Source: Verrucomicrobiia bacterium
GTDB lineage: Bacteria; Verrucomicrobiota; Verrucomicrobiia; Limisphaerales; UBA1319
Length of the DNA stretch: 64,000 bases
Direction of reading: 5' to 3'
Assembly: GCA_963664225.1 (NCBI GenBank)
Contig: OY760937.1
Location: forward strand, 896,001-960,000
Made by a program: the position numbers and the translations under genes. The notes below the pieces were generated by a model. The model had not been told where the DNA came from and did not search any database. It saw nothing but the letters and a program-made list of their open reading frames with translations. This document shows, piece by piece, positions 9,484-19,514 of this stretch (the stretch's first letter is position 1; every line of letters starts with the position of its first letter).

Positions 9484-9958
9484 TGGGCCTGGCGCAGGGC
9501 AACATTCCCTTCCTTTTAGCGTCAAATTTCCCGCCCATTAGCGGTTACAATCCATCCCGCGCCAGCCCCATGCGTCAACCACGCTCCAAACCATCCAATC
9601 GTTCAAGAACCCGTCCAATATTCCTTTTGACAACACGCCCATCTCAAATCAACATTCTTTTCACGACCAAATTGCTATTGCGCATGAATGTCTCCAAGCC
9701 ATACGACAAGTCCTGCCAACGGACTTCAATCCACTCAGTGCCGACGCGCATCCGCCAAAGTCCCCTATCCATTGGCCATGAGCATGACGCAACCAACCGG
9801 CCCAGGTGTGTGCCCCGCCACCCCGGTTCCGGCTCACTCTATGAATACGATGCCCGTCGGCCGGAGATTGGCAAATCGGCCCCCCGGTTGGATAAGAGTA
9901 ATTGATTCTCACCATCTTACATCATTCCTAAAACTGCCGCGGCAATGGTGAACACCTC

Positions 9959-10303
9959 ATGGCACCAATAAAACACCTGCAAATTGACCCGGAAAAAATG
10001 ATATGCCCGGTATGCCACCAAATCTATGGTGCCAAGAAAAAAGTGAGCATCGAAGTCAGCAGCACGAATATCGTTGTTTCGATTCTATTGTCGTTGGCCA
10101 TACTTGTATTTGAGTCATATTACCGGCTGTCCCCTAAGGAACCGCTGTATTCCTGGTTGGCACGAGAGTCGGAGGATCCGTCAACAGACTGGACCGCTTT
10201 TATTGTGGCGGTCGCAATTCTTTCAATCGCAATCAGCTTTGTCGGAACAATCCTCAAATCTTTTCGGAAATGTGCGTATTGCCATGCTGCGCTTAACTCA
10301 TAG
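9959..10303 (+). CDS. Small membrane protein with CxxC-(2 TM)-CxxC (LITAF-like zinc ribbon)
   Basis: ICPVCH near the N-terminus, two hydrophobic helices, KCAYCH at the C-terminus; AT-rich relative to the flanks. Confidence 0.55.
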   Translation: MAPIKHLQIDPEKMICPVCHQIYGAKKKVSIEVSSTNIVVSILLSLAILVFESYYRLSPKEPLYSWLARESEDPSTDWTAFIVAVAILSIAISFVGTILKSFRKCAYCHAALNS

Positions 10304-10709
10304 TGCTAAAAAGTCTATAATAAAAAGATTGAGTCAAAATCGGTCAAACCATGGTATGGTTCGCTTTTGAATGCTTGAATAAATCGAACCATCCGGCCCC
10401 TTGCGCAAGCCATCCGCACGGCATCCATTTTTAACCAAACCCGCTCTGGCAGGTAGCCAGAACCCGGCCTTAATTCTCCGCCGAATGTGGTCCTCTGCGC
10501 GCCGCCCATCCTCCGGGCAACCCGGAACGGGCTGCGTTCCCAAAAATTCCAACGCTGTAGGCGTTGAATCAAATTCCATTCCCAATCCCGCTCATCCATG
10601 TTTGTTCTGCACGTTTTTCGCTTGCCGAGGAATTTTATCATGCGCCCGACTGGCGGATGTTGGCAATAATCGGCTTGCGACGGGGGGCGGGGTTGGTCAA
10701 AGTGGAGGC

Positions 10710-10997
10710 ATGGCAGATACAGGCATGGACGTTAAATACGTGGCTCACCTCGCGCGTTTGGAACTGACGCCCGGGGAGGAGCAGAAATTCGGCGCGCAGC
10801 TCGGGCAAATCCTGGGTTACATCGAGAAGCTTAATCAACTCGATGTGACGGGCATTGAGCCGACCGCTCACGCTGTTCCAATGGTCAATGTGACACGGGC
10901 GGATGAGGTGAAGACTTCGCTGCCCACGGAGCGTGCCTTGATGAACGCGCCGGCCCAGGCCAATGGGTTGTTTATTGTTCCAAAAATCGTCGAGTAA
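10710..10997 (+). CDS. gatC: Asp/Glu-tRNA amidotransferase subunit C
   Basis: DVKYVAHLARLEL...ILGYIEKLNQLDVTGIEPT...NAP...FIVPKIVE; directly upstream of gatA. Confidence 0.95.
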   Translation: MADTGMDVKYVAHLARLELTPGEEQKFGAQLGQILGYIEKLNQLDVTGIEPTAHAVPMVNVTRADEVKTSLPTERALMNAPAQANGLFIVPKIVE

Positions 10998-11029
10998 TCG
11001 CCCCCTGAACAGAAGCCAGGATCATTTTC

Positions 11030-12487
11030 ATGCTTAATCAACTGACCATCTCGGAAGTTCAAAACAAACTGGCGCGTCGGGAGGTTTCGGCGCGCGAAGT
11101 CACCCAGGCCTGCCTGGACCGCATTCAGAATGTCGATGGGCGCGTTCACGCTTTTTTGAGCGTGGATGCCGCCGATGCGCTGGTGCAGGCGGATCGCGCC
11201 GATGCCCAGCGGAAGGCGGGAGCGACGGACAAACCGTTGCTGGGAATCCCCATTGGAATCAAAGATGTGATCGCGGTGAAGGATCAGCCGTTGAACTGCG
11301 CGTCGAAGATTCTGGGGAAATATGTCTCGCCTTATGACGCCACGGTGATCGAAAAGCTCAAAGCTGCCGGGGCGATTGTTTTTGGCCGGCTCAACATGGA
11401 TGAATTTGCGATGGGCAGCTCGACGGAGAATTCGGCCTTTGTCACGACGCGCAATCCGTGGGATGTGACGCGGATTCCGGGAGGGTCCTCGGGTGGTTCG
11501 GCCGCCGCCGTGGCCTCGGACGAGTGCCTCTGCGCGCTGGGATCGGACACGGGAGGTTCCATCCGCCAACCCGCGGCGCTGTGCGGCGTGGTGGGGTTGA
11601 AACCGACTTATGGCCGGGTGTCGCGTTTCGGTCTGGTCGCATTCGCCTCTTCACTGGATCAAATCGGGCCGATGACCCGCAGCGTGTCGGATGCGGCGCG
11701 TGTTTTGAGCGCGATCAGCGGCAAGGATGAGCGCGATTCGACGAGCGTGTCCGAGCCGGTGCCGGATTACGCGGCGGGGCTGACGGGGAATATTCGCGGG
11801 CTCAAGCTGGGAGTGGCCAGGGAATTCATGCTGGGAGGACTGGACCCGGAGATCAACCAGGCGATGCAGAACGCGATCAAGAAATATCAGGAGCTTGGGG
11901 CTGAAGTGGTGGAAGTGTCGTTGCCGCATTCGGAATATGCGGTGGCCACGTATTATATTATTGCCACAGCGGAGGCCAGCGCGAATCTCGCCCGGTTCGA
12001 TGGCGTTCGTTACGGGGCGCGAGTCGATGGAAAAGACCCGATCGAGATGTATTCCAAGACGCGCGGGGCTGGATTTGGGCCGGAGGTCAAGCGGCGCATC
12101 ATTCTGGGGACCTACGTGCTGAGCAGCGGCTATTACGATGCGTTTTATCTGCGAGCGCAGAAGGTGCGCACGCTGATCCGGCAGGATTTTCTCAAGGCCT
12201 TCGAGAAGGTGGATGCGATCATATCGCCGACCACACCCACACCGGCGTTCAAGATCGGTGAGAAATCCGAGGATCCGCTGCAGATGTATTTGTCGGATAT
12301 TTTCACGATTTCCTGCAATCTGGCGGGGATTTGCGGATTGAGCATGCCGTGTGGATTTTCCAGCAATCCCAAGCTGCCGATCGGGCTGCAACTGCTTGGG
12401 AAACCTTTTGGTGAAGCCACCTTGTTGAACCTGGCACATGCTTATGAACAGGCGACCACCTGGCATATAGAGAAACCCGCTCTTTGA
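11030..12487 (+). CDS. gatA: Asp/Glu-tRNA amidotransferase subunit A
   Basis: Amidase signature [57 protein letters not shown]. Confidence 0.98.
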   Translation: MLNQLTISEVQNKLARREVSAREVTQACLDRIQNVDGRVHAFLSVDAADALVQADRADAQRKAGATDKPLLGIPIGIKDVIAVKDQPLNCASKILGKYVSPYDATVIEKLKAAGAIVFGRLNMDEFAMGSSTENSAFVTTRNPWDVTRIPGGSSGGSAAAVASDECLCALGSDTGGSIRQPAALCGVVGLKPTYGRVSRFGLVAFASSLDQIGPMTRSVSDAARVLSAISGKDERDSTSVSEPVPDYAAGLTGNIRGLKLGVAREFMLGGLDPEINQAMQNAIKKYQELGAEVVEVSLPHSEYAVATYYIIATAEASANLARFDGVRYGARVDGKDPIEMYSKTRGAGFGPEVKRRIILGTYVLSSGYYDAFYLRAQKVRTLIRQDFLKAFEKVDAIISPTTPTPAFKIGEKSEDPLQMYLSDIFTISCNLAGICGLSMPCGFSSNPKLPIGLQLLGKPFGEATLLNLAHAYEQATTWHIEKPAL

Positions 12488-13212
12488 TGATTGTGAGCGG
12501 CCCTGACCAAACAATGATCGCAGCCGGGGAAACAGCGCATACTTTTCGGCGGCGATCAGGCCAAGAGTATTCCGGACAATATCTGGTTCAGACTCCTCAG
12601 GATTTTGAATCTGGAGGAAATCGACGATGGCCGTTGATCCTGTTTTTGCACGGGCTGGGCGAGCGCGGAACGTGCATCGAGATGGTCAAAAAGCATGGTC
12701 CGCCGAAAATCGCCGCAAGCAGGCCGGAGTTCCCGTTTATCGTGGTTTCGCCGCAATGTCCGGAGGGACAATGGTGGCGGACGGAATGGCTGGGAGCACT
12801 GGTGGACGAGGTTTGCGAGAAACTGCCGGTCGATGCGTCCCGGATTTACCTGACGGGCTTGAGCATGGGAGGATTCGGAACGTGGAATCTGGCCATGGCT
12901 TATCCTGAACGATTCGCCGCCATTGCGCCGATTTGCGGGGGAGGGGATCCTTACCCGCCGTATGGTTATGATGAGAGGCGGGGGCAGGCATTAAAGGCTC
13001 TGCCGATCCGTACTTTTCACGGGGCGATGGACACGGTTGTGAAAATGGAGGAAACGGAGCGGATGGTCCGGATTTTACGCCACTTCGGATGCAGCATTGA
13101 GTTTACAGTTTATCCCGAGGCCGGGCACGATTGCTGGACGCAGACGTATGAGGATCCCAAGCTTTACGAATGGTTTTTGAGCCAGCGGAAGGCTGGGGCG
13201 GCGCTGCGCTGA
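12487..13212 (+). CDS. Alpha/beta hydrolase (predicted peptidase/carboxylesterase)
   Basis: LILFLHGLGERG, nucleophile GLSMGG, FHGAMD, AGHDCW; TGATG overlap with gatA. Confidence 0.85.
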   Translation: MIVSGPDQTMIAAGETAHTFRRRSGQEYSGQYLVQTPQDFESGGNRRWPLILFLHGLGERGTCIEMVKKHGPPKIAASRPEFPFIVVSPQCPEGQWWRTEWLGALVDEVCEKLPVDASRIYLTGLSMGGFGTWNLAMAYPERFAAIAPICGGGDPYPPYGYDERRGQALKALPIRTFHGAMDTVVKMEETERMVRILRHFGCSIEFTVYPEAGHDCWTQTYEDPKLYEWFLSQRKAGAALR

Positions 13213-13218
13213 AGAGGG

Positions 13219-14307
13219 TTATCGAGTTGTCGGCGGATCGGACTTTTCCATTGATGAGAGATGAGTCTGGAGGTAACTGCGGACCTGGTCGCATTCTGCG
13301 CTGACTGAATCCACGCTGGCCAGGGCATCGGCGGTTGCGTGTGTCTGTATCAAGTTTTGTAGTTTTTCGAATGCCATTCCGATGGATTTCATGCCGCAAA
13401 ACTCGCTGACGCTGGCGCCCATTTTCACCCACCCGACGGCCTTCGATCTGGAACCTTCGGTCAGGGCCGCCTTGATTTCATCAATGCGCATGCGAGTTTG
13501 CTCCAGATAAAGCAAGGCCATCTCGTGCATATGCTGCGCGTCACCGTTTGCGCATGCCAGAAGCGCCTGCATGTCCACGGGGCCTGTCTTATCCAAAAAG
13601 AGGGCTCTTAATTCGTCGGGTATCCCAGGTGGGAGATGCGAAAGCGGGTCGGGAGGGACTTCCGATACCGGGCGACCAGTTTGAGTGGAAGAATCCGGGG
13701 TGTTGGAATCGGATGCCTGGCTCACACATGCGGCGCTTTGAACCGCTGTGGACGAGGGTCCCTGGACGGGCGGCATGCGTTCCAACCGCGGCGCGCGTTT
13801 TGCGGGTTTATCGGGTTGGGGGCCCATGGAGGAGAACCATTCCTGCAGGGCGACCGGGCAACCGAGCGAGGATATCCGATGGCGGAAGAGGAATGCGCCG
13901 GTGGATAGCATGCCCATGCAGAAAATAAAACGCAGCGCCTTGCTTGAACGGTTGTGGCTTTCCTGAATGGCCAATTTTTCCAATTCACTTTCCCTTTCGA
14001 TCGCGTTTTTGCGGGCGACGGCTTCGATGCGCAGGCCTTCAACCAGACGGCTTTTGTATTGCATGCGCATCTGGAGGCGTTGGCGGCCCATTTCCTCCTG
14101 TTGGCGGATGGAATCGCGCGCGCGCTGGTCTTGAATGGCTTTTTTCTGGGCTGGAGAGGCCTGTTCCATGCCGGGAATCACTGTATCCATCGCAGCAAAC
14201 AGACTCGCGAAGAAAACGGTGGCGAAAAGAAGCACGAGGCTGATTAGCGCCATCGATTTCCGGGTTCTGAGGGTTGTGTCCTGCATTGTAAACAAAGAAA
14301 GGGGCAT
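13219..14307 (-). CDS. Membrane protein with periplasmic coiled coil and C-terminal Hpt-like domain lacking the His
   Basis: Two hydrophobic segments; C-terminal VDMQALLACANGD...LYLEQT...IKAAL.EG...AVGWVKMGASVSEFCGM...FEKLQ matches the Hpt helix pattern. Confidence 0.65.
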   Translation of the reverse strand: MPLSLFTMQDTTLRTRKSMALISLVLLFATVFFASLFAAMDTVIPGMEQASPAQKKAIQDQRARDSIRQQEEMGRQRLQMRMQYKSRLVEGLRIEAVARKNAIERESELEKLAIQESHNRSSKALRFIFCMGMLSTGAFLFRHRISSLGCPVALQEWFSSMGPQPDKPAKRAPRLERMPPVQGPSSTAVQSAACVSQASDSNTPDSSTQTGRPVSEVPPDPLSHLPPGIPDELRALFLDKTGPVDMQALLACANGDAQHMHEMALLYLEQTRMRIDEIKAALTEGSRSKAVGWVKMGASVSEFCGMKSIGMAFEKLQNLIQTHATADALASVDSVSAECDQVRSYLQTHLSSMEKSDPPTTR

Positions 14308-14319
14308 TGTTTTTTGGTG

Positions 14320-16020
14320 TCAGGTGCCAAACCCTTCATGGGGCGTCAATTCCTCGATGTGGCGCACCAGGACACGATTGGCGATGGGCAGTCCGAGGTC
14401 GATATAGCGGTTGGGATCGTCGCTGTAGCGGCTGTGAACACGGGGATCATAAGTGAATCGGAGGGAAGAGTTAAAGACGATGGCCTCGTTGCGGCAGATC
14501 ACGCTGCCGAAGAATTGGGAGTTGGCACCCGCCAGACGCATTGCGATGGCATGATTGCAATAATACACGCCATGAACGGTGTTCATGTTGTTGCTTGAGA
14601 TGTCGTCAAAACTCAGGCGCGAGCCATCGCCATTGGTTGGATAATAGGCGATGGCCGCAGCGCGCGCATCTGAGAATTGAATGTCGCTGGCGTAGTTGTA
14701 GGCGCCATCGATGGCGCCATTGCCATCGGCGTCATACCAGGCGCTGTCGGGAGTCCCATTGTTATCGGTGTCCAGATAGGGGGTGTTGTCATCAGGCGTA
14801 TGGGCAATGCCGTCTTTTCCAAGTTGCGATTCGTCGCCCACATTTTTTAAACCATAGGAGGCATTGTCATAGCAATAGCCCTTCCAATCCGCTGAATTGG
14901 GATTGCCACCGAAAATGGATTCGCGCACGGCAAATGCGACAAGGTCCTTCTGGTTGTTGACGGCAGATTTAACCCACGCATCGCGGTTGGTGGCGGACAT
15001 GCCTGTGGGAGGAGTGCTGAAATCCGGGCCGTTTTTGTATATCACGTCCCCAGCGATATAGAGATTCCTGCCCACATACAGGGTGCCCACACCTGTGACG
15101 ACGCCCTTGATAATGACATCACCCGGGATGAGCACCGGGCCGACGACATTGATGGGCGCGTTCGAGGTTCCCACGAGGTAAAGTCCGGATTTGGTGTTGT
15201 TGTGCCAGGCATCGACAACCAAATTCGTTCCGACATAAAGTTTGCCCTGTGCGTTTAGCGCCTTGGTTTTGTAATAACTCATGTCCAGGAGATTGGGCAT
15301 GGGAAGACGAGGCGCACCGCTGTGCACAAAGAGGGTTGGATCGGTTCCGGCAATTCCGTGAAAAGGAGGGTTTCCAGCCAGGGGGTCAATTGGATTGCCG
15401 TTGGATTGGATTTCCCCGTTGGCCACGAGACTGCCATTGACGGTGGGATAATCGCGGAAATCGAAATCCCAATTGGCCCGGTTGTCGCCATTTCCAGTGA
15501 TGGTATTGCCCCACCACCAGCCCCAATTGTTTAAGAAGTATTCGTAATCGAAGACCTGGCTGGGCGGATTCTTCTGAATGGTCATTTGAAGAGTGCGCAC
15601 CTTGACCCCCACTTTGGAGGAAGCGGTGACCAGGTAGTAATTGGCAATGCCGTTGGGATGGTTGTTAATGGTCAGCCAAGCGCTTTGGAACATGGAGTCC
15701 GGGCTGCCGGTGAGGCTTGCTAAATAGGGGAGGTCGATGGATCCGCCCAAGGTGGAGTATTCTCCCAGGAATGGGGCGTTCGTGCCGCCCTGGTCGGCGT
15801 CCGCAATTTTTTGCGCGGCCCAGTTGAGGACGTTTTCCGAGTGATAATAGGCCTCGGTCCATTGGGAACGCTGGTAGGCTGAACGCAGGCGGAAGGTGCT
15901 GACCTGGAGCAAGGAAGCGGCTGAGATGGCCAGGATTGCACCCAAGACAATGGTAATGGCCAGCGCGGAACCGCAGGTCTGTCTGGGAGCGCCGGGGTAT
16001 TTAATGAAAATGCCTTTCAT
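14320..16020 (-). CDS. PilX/GspK-like large minor pilin
   Basis: N-terminal GSALAITIVLGAILAI (PilX-type, no Glu5), then AYYHSE and VTASSKVG.KVRTL; DxDxNG loops; ends with RFTYDPR. Confidence 0.7.
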   Translation of the reverse strand: MKGIFIKYPGAPRQTCGSALAITIVLGAILAISAASLLQVSTFRLRSAYQRSQWTEAYYHSENVLNWAAQKIADADQGGTNAPFLGEYSTLGGSIDLPYLASLTGSPDSMFQSAWLTINNHPNGIANYYLVTASSKVGVKVRTLQMTIQKNPPSQVFDYEYFLNNWGWWWGNTITGNGDNRANWDFDFRDYPTVNGSLVANGEIQSNGNPIDPLAGNPPFHGIAGTDPTLFVHSGAPRLPMPNLLDMSYYKTKALNAQGKLYVGTNLVVDAWHNNTKSGLYLVGTSNAPINVVGPVLIPGDVIIKGVVTGVGTLYVGRNLYIAGDVIYKNGPDFSTPPTGMSATNRDAWVKSAVNNQKDLVAFAVRESIFGGNPNSADWKGYCYDNASYGLKNVGDESQLGKDGIAHTPDDNTPYLDTDNNGTPDSAWYDADGNGAIDGAYNYASDIQFSDARAAAIAYYPTNGDGSRLSFDDISSNNMNTVHGVYYCNHAIAMRLAGANSQFFGSVICRNEAIVFNSSLRFTYDPRVHSRYSDDPNRYIDLGLPIANRVLVRHIEELTPHEGFGT

Positions 16021-16026
16021 GACATG

Positions 16027-16629
16027 TCAGGGATTTCGCATTTTGACCGTGAAAGTCCGGAGAATGGTGTTCGTTTTGAATCCATTACCGAGCCGGCGTC
16101 CCGAGGAGCCGCAATCGTCCATTTCCAACCAGATATTTAAAGTCGAGCTGTCGGGCACGCCTCCAGATTTCAGACTTGGATAAAAAAAGAGTTTGCGCAC
16201 GGCGACCACGGCGTTTGTTTTGAAGTAGTAGGTGATGTCCCCGGGAACGGCGCGGTCAGGGTCGTAAAGGACGTTTTTTTGAGTGGAATTAAAGGCAATT
16301 TCTTCGCGGGGGTAATCAGGGGCCTGGCCTTTGGCGACAATGATTTTTCGATAAACATCGGCTCCGTTCTCGGCGGTCTTATCTCCGAAAATGACGCTCT
16401 CGTTTTCGCTCATGTCCCGGATGGCGCGTGTGAGTTGGTCCTGCAGATTTCCGGCGGCCTGTTGGAGGGTGGCGTCGGCAAGGGTTTTGCGTTGTTCCTT
16501 GACGACTTCGAGCATCAGCATCATAAGCCCGCCGATGGCGCCGACACCAATGGCGCTCGCAATGAGAACTTCCACCAGGGTCATTCCCGCGCGGAGGTTT
16601 TCTCTGAGATTGGAGCGTGGGAGGAGCAT
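16027..16629 (-). CDS. Prepilin-type N-terminal cleavage/methylation protein (PilW/GspJ-like)
   Basis: RAG|MTLVEVLIASAIG type III signal; ends TVKMRNP. Start could be as far up as 16713. Confidence 0.8.
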   Translation of the reverse strand: MLLPRSNLRENLRAGMTLVEVLIASAIGVGAIGGLMMLMLEVVKEQRKTLADATLQQAAGNLQDQLTRAIRDMSENESVIFGDKTAENGADVYRKIIVAKGQAPDYPREEIAFNSTQKNVLYDPDRAVPGDITYYFKTNAVVAVRKLFFYPSLKSGGVPDSSTLNIWLEMDDCGSSGRRLGNGFKTNTILRTFTVKMRNP

Positions 16630-16640
16630 GGCATCAAGGA

Positions 16641-17174
16641 TCAAAGGTCTTTTACGCGGACCATGTCCATGCGGAGGGTTTGTTTGTTGCCGAGATTCAT
16701 GGGGGCATTCCACTGGAGCAAGAGCTGGATATGTTTGTCATGGGGGATGCCGACGACCGCCCTGGTTTCCAGTAAAACGGACATTTGGGGATTGCGCGGA
16801 CTTAACCAGACCAGGTCGGGATGGAAGGATTGAAAGTCGATGCTGTCAATGGCGAACCAGTTGGTGCTTATGGGAATGGTAATCCTTGTGCCTCCCGAGG
16901 CGCCATCGTAGAGGGCGTTAATGGGGGCGCCGCCATTGATTTCGGCAAAGGGCAAGCCTTTTGCCAATTCGAGGTAGTGCGCGGCAAAGTCGAGCATGAT
17001 GCCTCGTTCATGGTCTTTAACGGTTTGTATCCTGCTGAAGCTTAGAATTGAGAAATTTGCCAGGACGAAGAGGCTTAGTATGACGACCGCGATCATGACT
17101 TCCGGCAAGGAAAAACCGTCGTTTTCGGAAAATTCCAATAACTCCCCTGATGAATTCTGCGGCTCCAAAATCAT
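16641..17174 (-). CDS. Prepilin-type N-terminal cleavage/methylation protein (PilV/GspI-like)
   Basis: DG|FSLPEVMIAVVIL type III signal. Confidence 0.8.
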   Translation of the reverse strand: MILEPQNSSGELLEFSENDGFSLPEVMIAVVILSLFVLANFSILSFSRIQTVKDHERGIMLDFAAHYLELAKGLPFAEINGGAPINALYDGASGGTRITIPISTNWFAIDSIDFQSFHPDLVWLSPRNPQMSVLLETRAVVGIPHDKHIQLLLQWNAPMNLGNKQTLRMDMVRVKDL

Positions 17175-17593
17175 AATGCAAACCGTTGCTCCTTAGAAAC
17201 AAGCGTTAAAACGTTGTTTTAATAAACAATGCGATTCCGTCTGATCCGAACTGCGTTGTCAATGCAGTGTTTCCCTCCAGAATATTACAATCCTTAACAC
17301 AGTATCGACAAAAAATGAATAAAGGTAAAGGAAAAAAGTAATAATCTGAGGGGTAAAAGACAAAATTCGGGAAGACGGCAAAGTCCAGAACTGGGTAAAT
17401 ACATGGAAGATGCCCGGTGGGGCGCCGGGCCTGCAGTTTGGTGGGCCCACACGCGAGGTTCGGTGACCGGCCAATAACCGTTGTTTAAACATTGCTCAAG
17501 GCAAGAAGGAGCAACAGCCTGTTTGTGCTTCCAAAGGCGGATGAGTTCGCGATGTGGGAGGCTATCGGGATATGGATGACAAAAACGGGTGCG

Positions 17594-18772
17594 TCAGGGT
17601 TTCACGCCTGTGGCGCTTCCCTGGTAGAGGATGATCAGGACGTCGATGATGAAGAGCAGGACAATGGTGATTTCGAGTATCAGCATCCAGCGATTGTTCT
17701 CGTCGTGGTGCAGGAGTTGGTAAAGGTCATCGAGGGTGTTGAGCTTTTCATCGATGGTGCGATGCCAGTCGGCCAGATGGAACCGGGATGCGAGATTCTG
17801 GTAAATGCGGGCCATGTGCCAGTCTCCAAAGAATTTGGTGATGTTGGAAAGTTCATCGCTCAAGCGGGTCATATCGATGCGGATTTCGCGCAAGTCACCC
17901 AGGACGTTTCTGCGTTGATGCCATGCCGCCTCGCGCAGGTCGCGGTAGGCGCGATCCAAGGCATCGTCCAGGAGGCGGTCGTAAGCCTCGAGTTCGGCGA
18001 GTTGGAGGTTGGCCAGTTCCATGAGGTAAAGCGTTTCCTCGAAATTCTTCTTATCGTCCACGATGAGCGCGGCATCCCAGTCCACGACGACGACGTCCTG
18101 TTCGTAATAGGAGAGGTGGCGCATGGTCGATTCGTCGGATTCCTGACGGGACAGACTTTCAGGATTGCTCTCCTGTGTCAGGAGTGCGGCGATTTTTCTG
18201 CGGTTATTGTGCAACCAGGATTCGGCCGGGATGGTTTCACCGACTCCGTTGGACATGGGGGATTCGAGACAAAAAACGGTGTAGGCCTCCTCTTCGACGA
18301 GTTGAGGGACGGGGCGGATAAAATAGGAGGCCAGTTCTGTGCGGATGGTTTCGGCGAGTTGCCTGACTTCCGTGTTGAGAGGGCCGCTGGAAAATTGCAG
18401 GTCGTGATAACCCACGAGGTCCTCGATTGCGGAGACGGTGAAAGGCACATGGACGCTGATGCTGATGGCGCCTACGGGGAGGAGCTTGATGATGAATTGG
18501 ACACTGACGGGGCCCTGGGGGCCGACACGCTGCACGGGTTGCAGACGCACCATCTGCGGTTTGTAGAAGAAGAGTTGGCGGGGGCTGCGTTTGCTTGCGT
18601 CCACGGAGAATTGCGCGACGGGCTGTCCCAGGAGTTCCCGCAAAGGCGTGCGCGGCATTTCATAGGCGACGTCGAAGGCAAAGAGATAGACCACCTGGCC
18701 GGAATATCCGCGAACGGAGGGGCTGGAACTAATGGAGAGGGTCGTTTTGGTGGGATTATGATTTTCCAGCAT
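17594..18772 (-). CDS. Conserved protein, RMD1/DUF155-like, with C-terminal TM helix
   Basis: YLFAFDVAYE, ELANLQLAELEAYD, KFFGDWHMARIY, then LILEITIVLLFIIDV at the end. An extended -10 (TGT-TACATT) lies 6 nt before the ATG at 18772. Confidence 0.65.
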   Translation of the reverse strand: MLENHNPTKTTLSISSSPSVRGYSGQVVYLFAFDVAYEMPRTPLRELLGQPVAQFSVDASKRSPRQLFFYKPQMVRLQPVQRVGPQGPVSVQFIIKLLPVGAISISVHVPFTVSAIEDLVGYHDLQFSSGPLNTEVRQLAETIRTELASYFIRPVPQLVEEEAYTVFCLESPMSNGVGETIPAESWLHNNRRKIAALLTQESNPESLSRQESDESTMRHLSYYEQDVVVVDWDAALIVDDKKNFEETLYLMELANLQLAELEAYDRLLDDALDRAYRDLREAAWHQRRNVLGDLREIRIDMTRLSDELSNITKFFGDWHMARIYQNLASRFHLADWHRTIDEKLNTLDDLYQLLHHDENNRWMLILEITIVLLFIIDVLIILYQGSATGVKP

Positions 18773-18897
18773 AATATGAATGTAACATACACTTCCAAGG
18801 TTATTGGGTCCACGGGAGTTTGTGAAAACGAAGGAGTGGATGGGTGACGCGATATTTAAGTTTAAAAGTGTCAAAATTAGGATAGTTTGAAGACAGA

Positions 18898-19467
18898 ATG
18901 AAAGAATGGATAACGGATTATGTGCGTGGACAACAGGCGGCGCTGGAAGCGATTCCGGCGCAAGCTGTGGGGCAATTGATCGAACGCTTCAAGCAGGCGT
19001 TCAAGGAAGACCGGCAGATTTTTGTTTTTGGAAACGGGGGCAGCGCGTCGAATTGCTCTCATTTTGCAACGGACCTGGGCAAAGGCGCTTCTGACAAATT
19101 GGGGCGGCCATTTCGGGTGATTTCACTCAACGATAACGTCAGTTGGATGACGGCCCTGGGCAACGATTATGCCTATGAGGATATTTTTGTGCGGCAGTTG
19201 GCCAATTACGCGCGTCCGGGTGACCTGGTCATGGCGCTGAGTGTGAGCGGGAACTCGCCCAACGTGGTGAAGGCTTTGGATTGGGCGAACAAAAAGGGAT
19301 TGCACACGATCGCGCTGGTGGGGGCGAAACGCGGAAAGATGGCGGAGATCGCCAAGGATGTGGTGGTGGTGGATTCGCAGCACTACGGCAGGGTGGAAGA
19401 TGCCCAGATGACGATCTGTCACTTGATCTGTTACGCATTCATGGAGAATCCCCAGTGGGCGAATTGA
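18898..19467 (+). CDS. gmhA: SIS-domain phosphoheptose isomerase (GmhA-like)
   Basis: FGNGGSAS, NDYAYEDIFVRQL, SVSGNSPNV. The terminal motif is VEDAQ rather than QExH, so the substrate is uncertain. Confidence 0.75.
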   Translation: MKEWITDYVRGQQAALEAIPAQAVGQLIERFKQAFKEDRQIFVFGNGGSASNCSHFATDLGKGASDKLGRPFRVISLNDNVSWMTALGNDYAYEDIFVRQLANYARPGDLVMALSVSGNSPNVVKALDWANKKGLHTIALVGAKRGKMAEIAKDVVVVDSQHYGRVEDAQMTICHLICYAFMENPQWAN

Positions 19468-19514
19468 TCGCGCGGGGCGGAGCGGTCCCTGTGACCCTGG
19501 GGTAAGGTTGAGGC

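Noticed and set aside
9484..9958. Possible small genes or ncRNA between the permease and the zinc-ribbon gene
   Set aside because: No recognisable motif, coding bias or convincing structure.
17175..17593. Riboswitch (e.g. c-di-GMP) upstream of the pilin cassette
   Set aside because: I could not find the conserved aptamer motifs on either strand; it looks like an AT-rich promoter region only.
17492..18847. 451-aa plus-strand ORF
   Set aside because: Antisense shadow of the DUF155-like gene.
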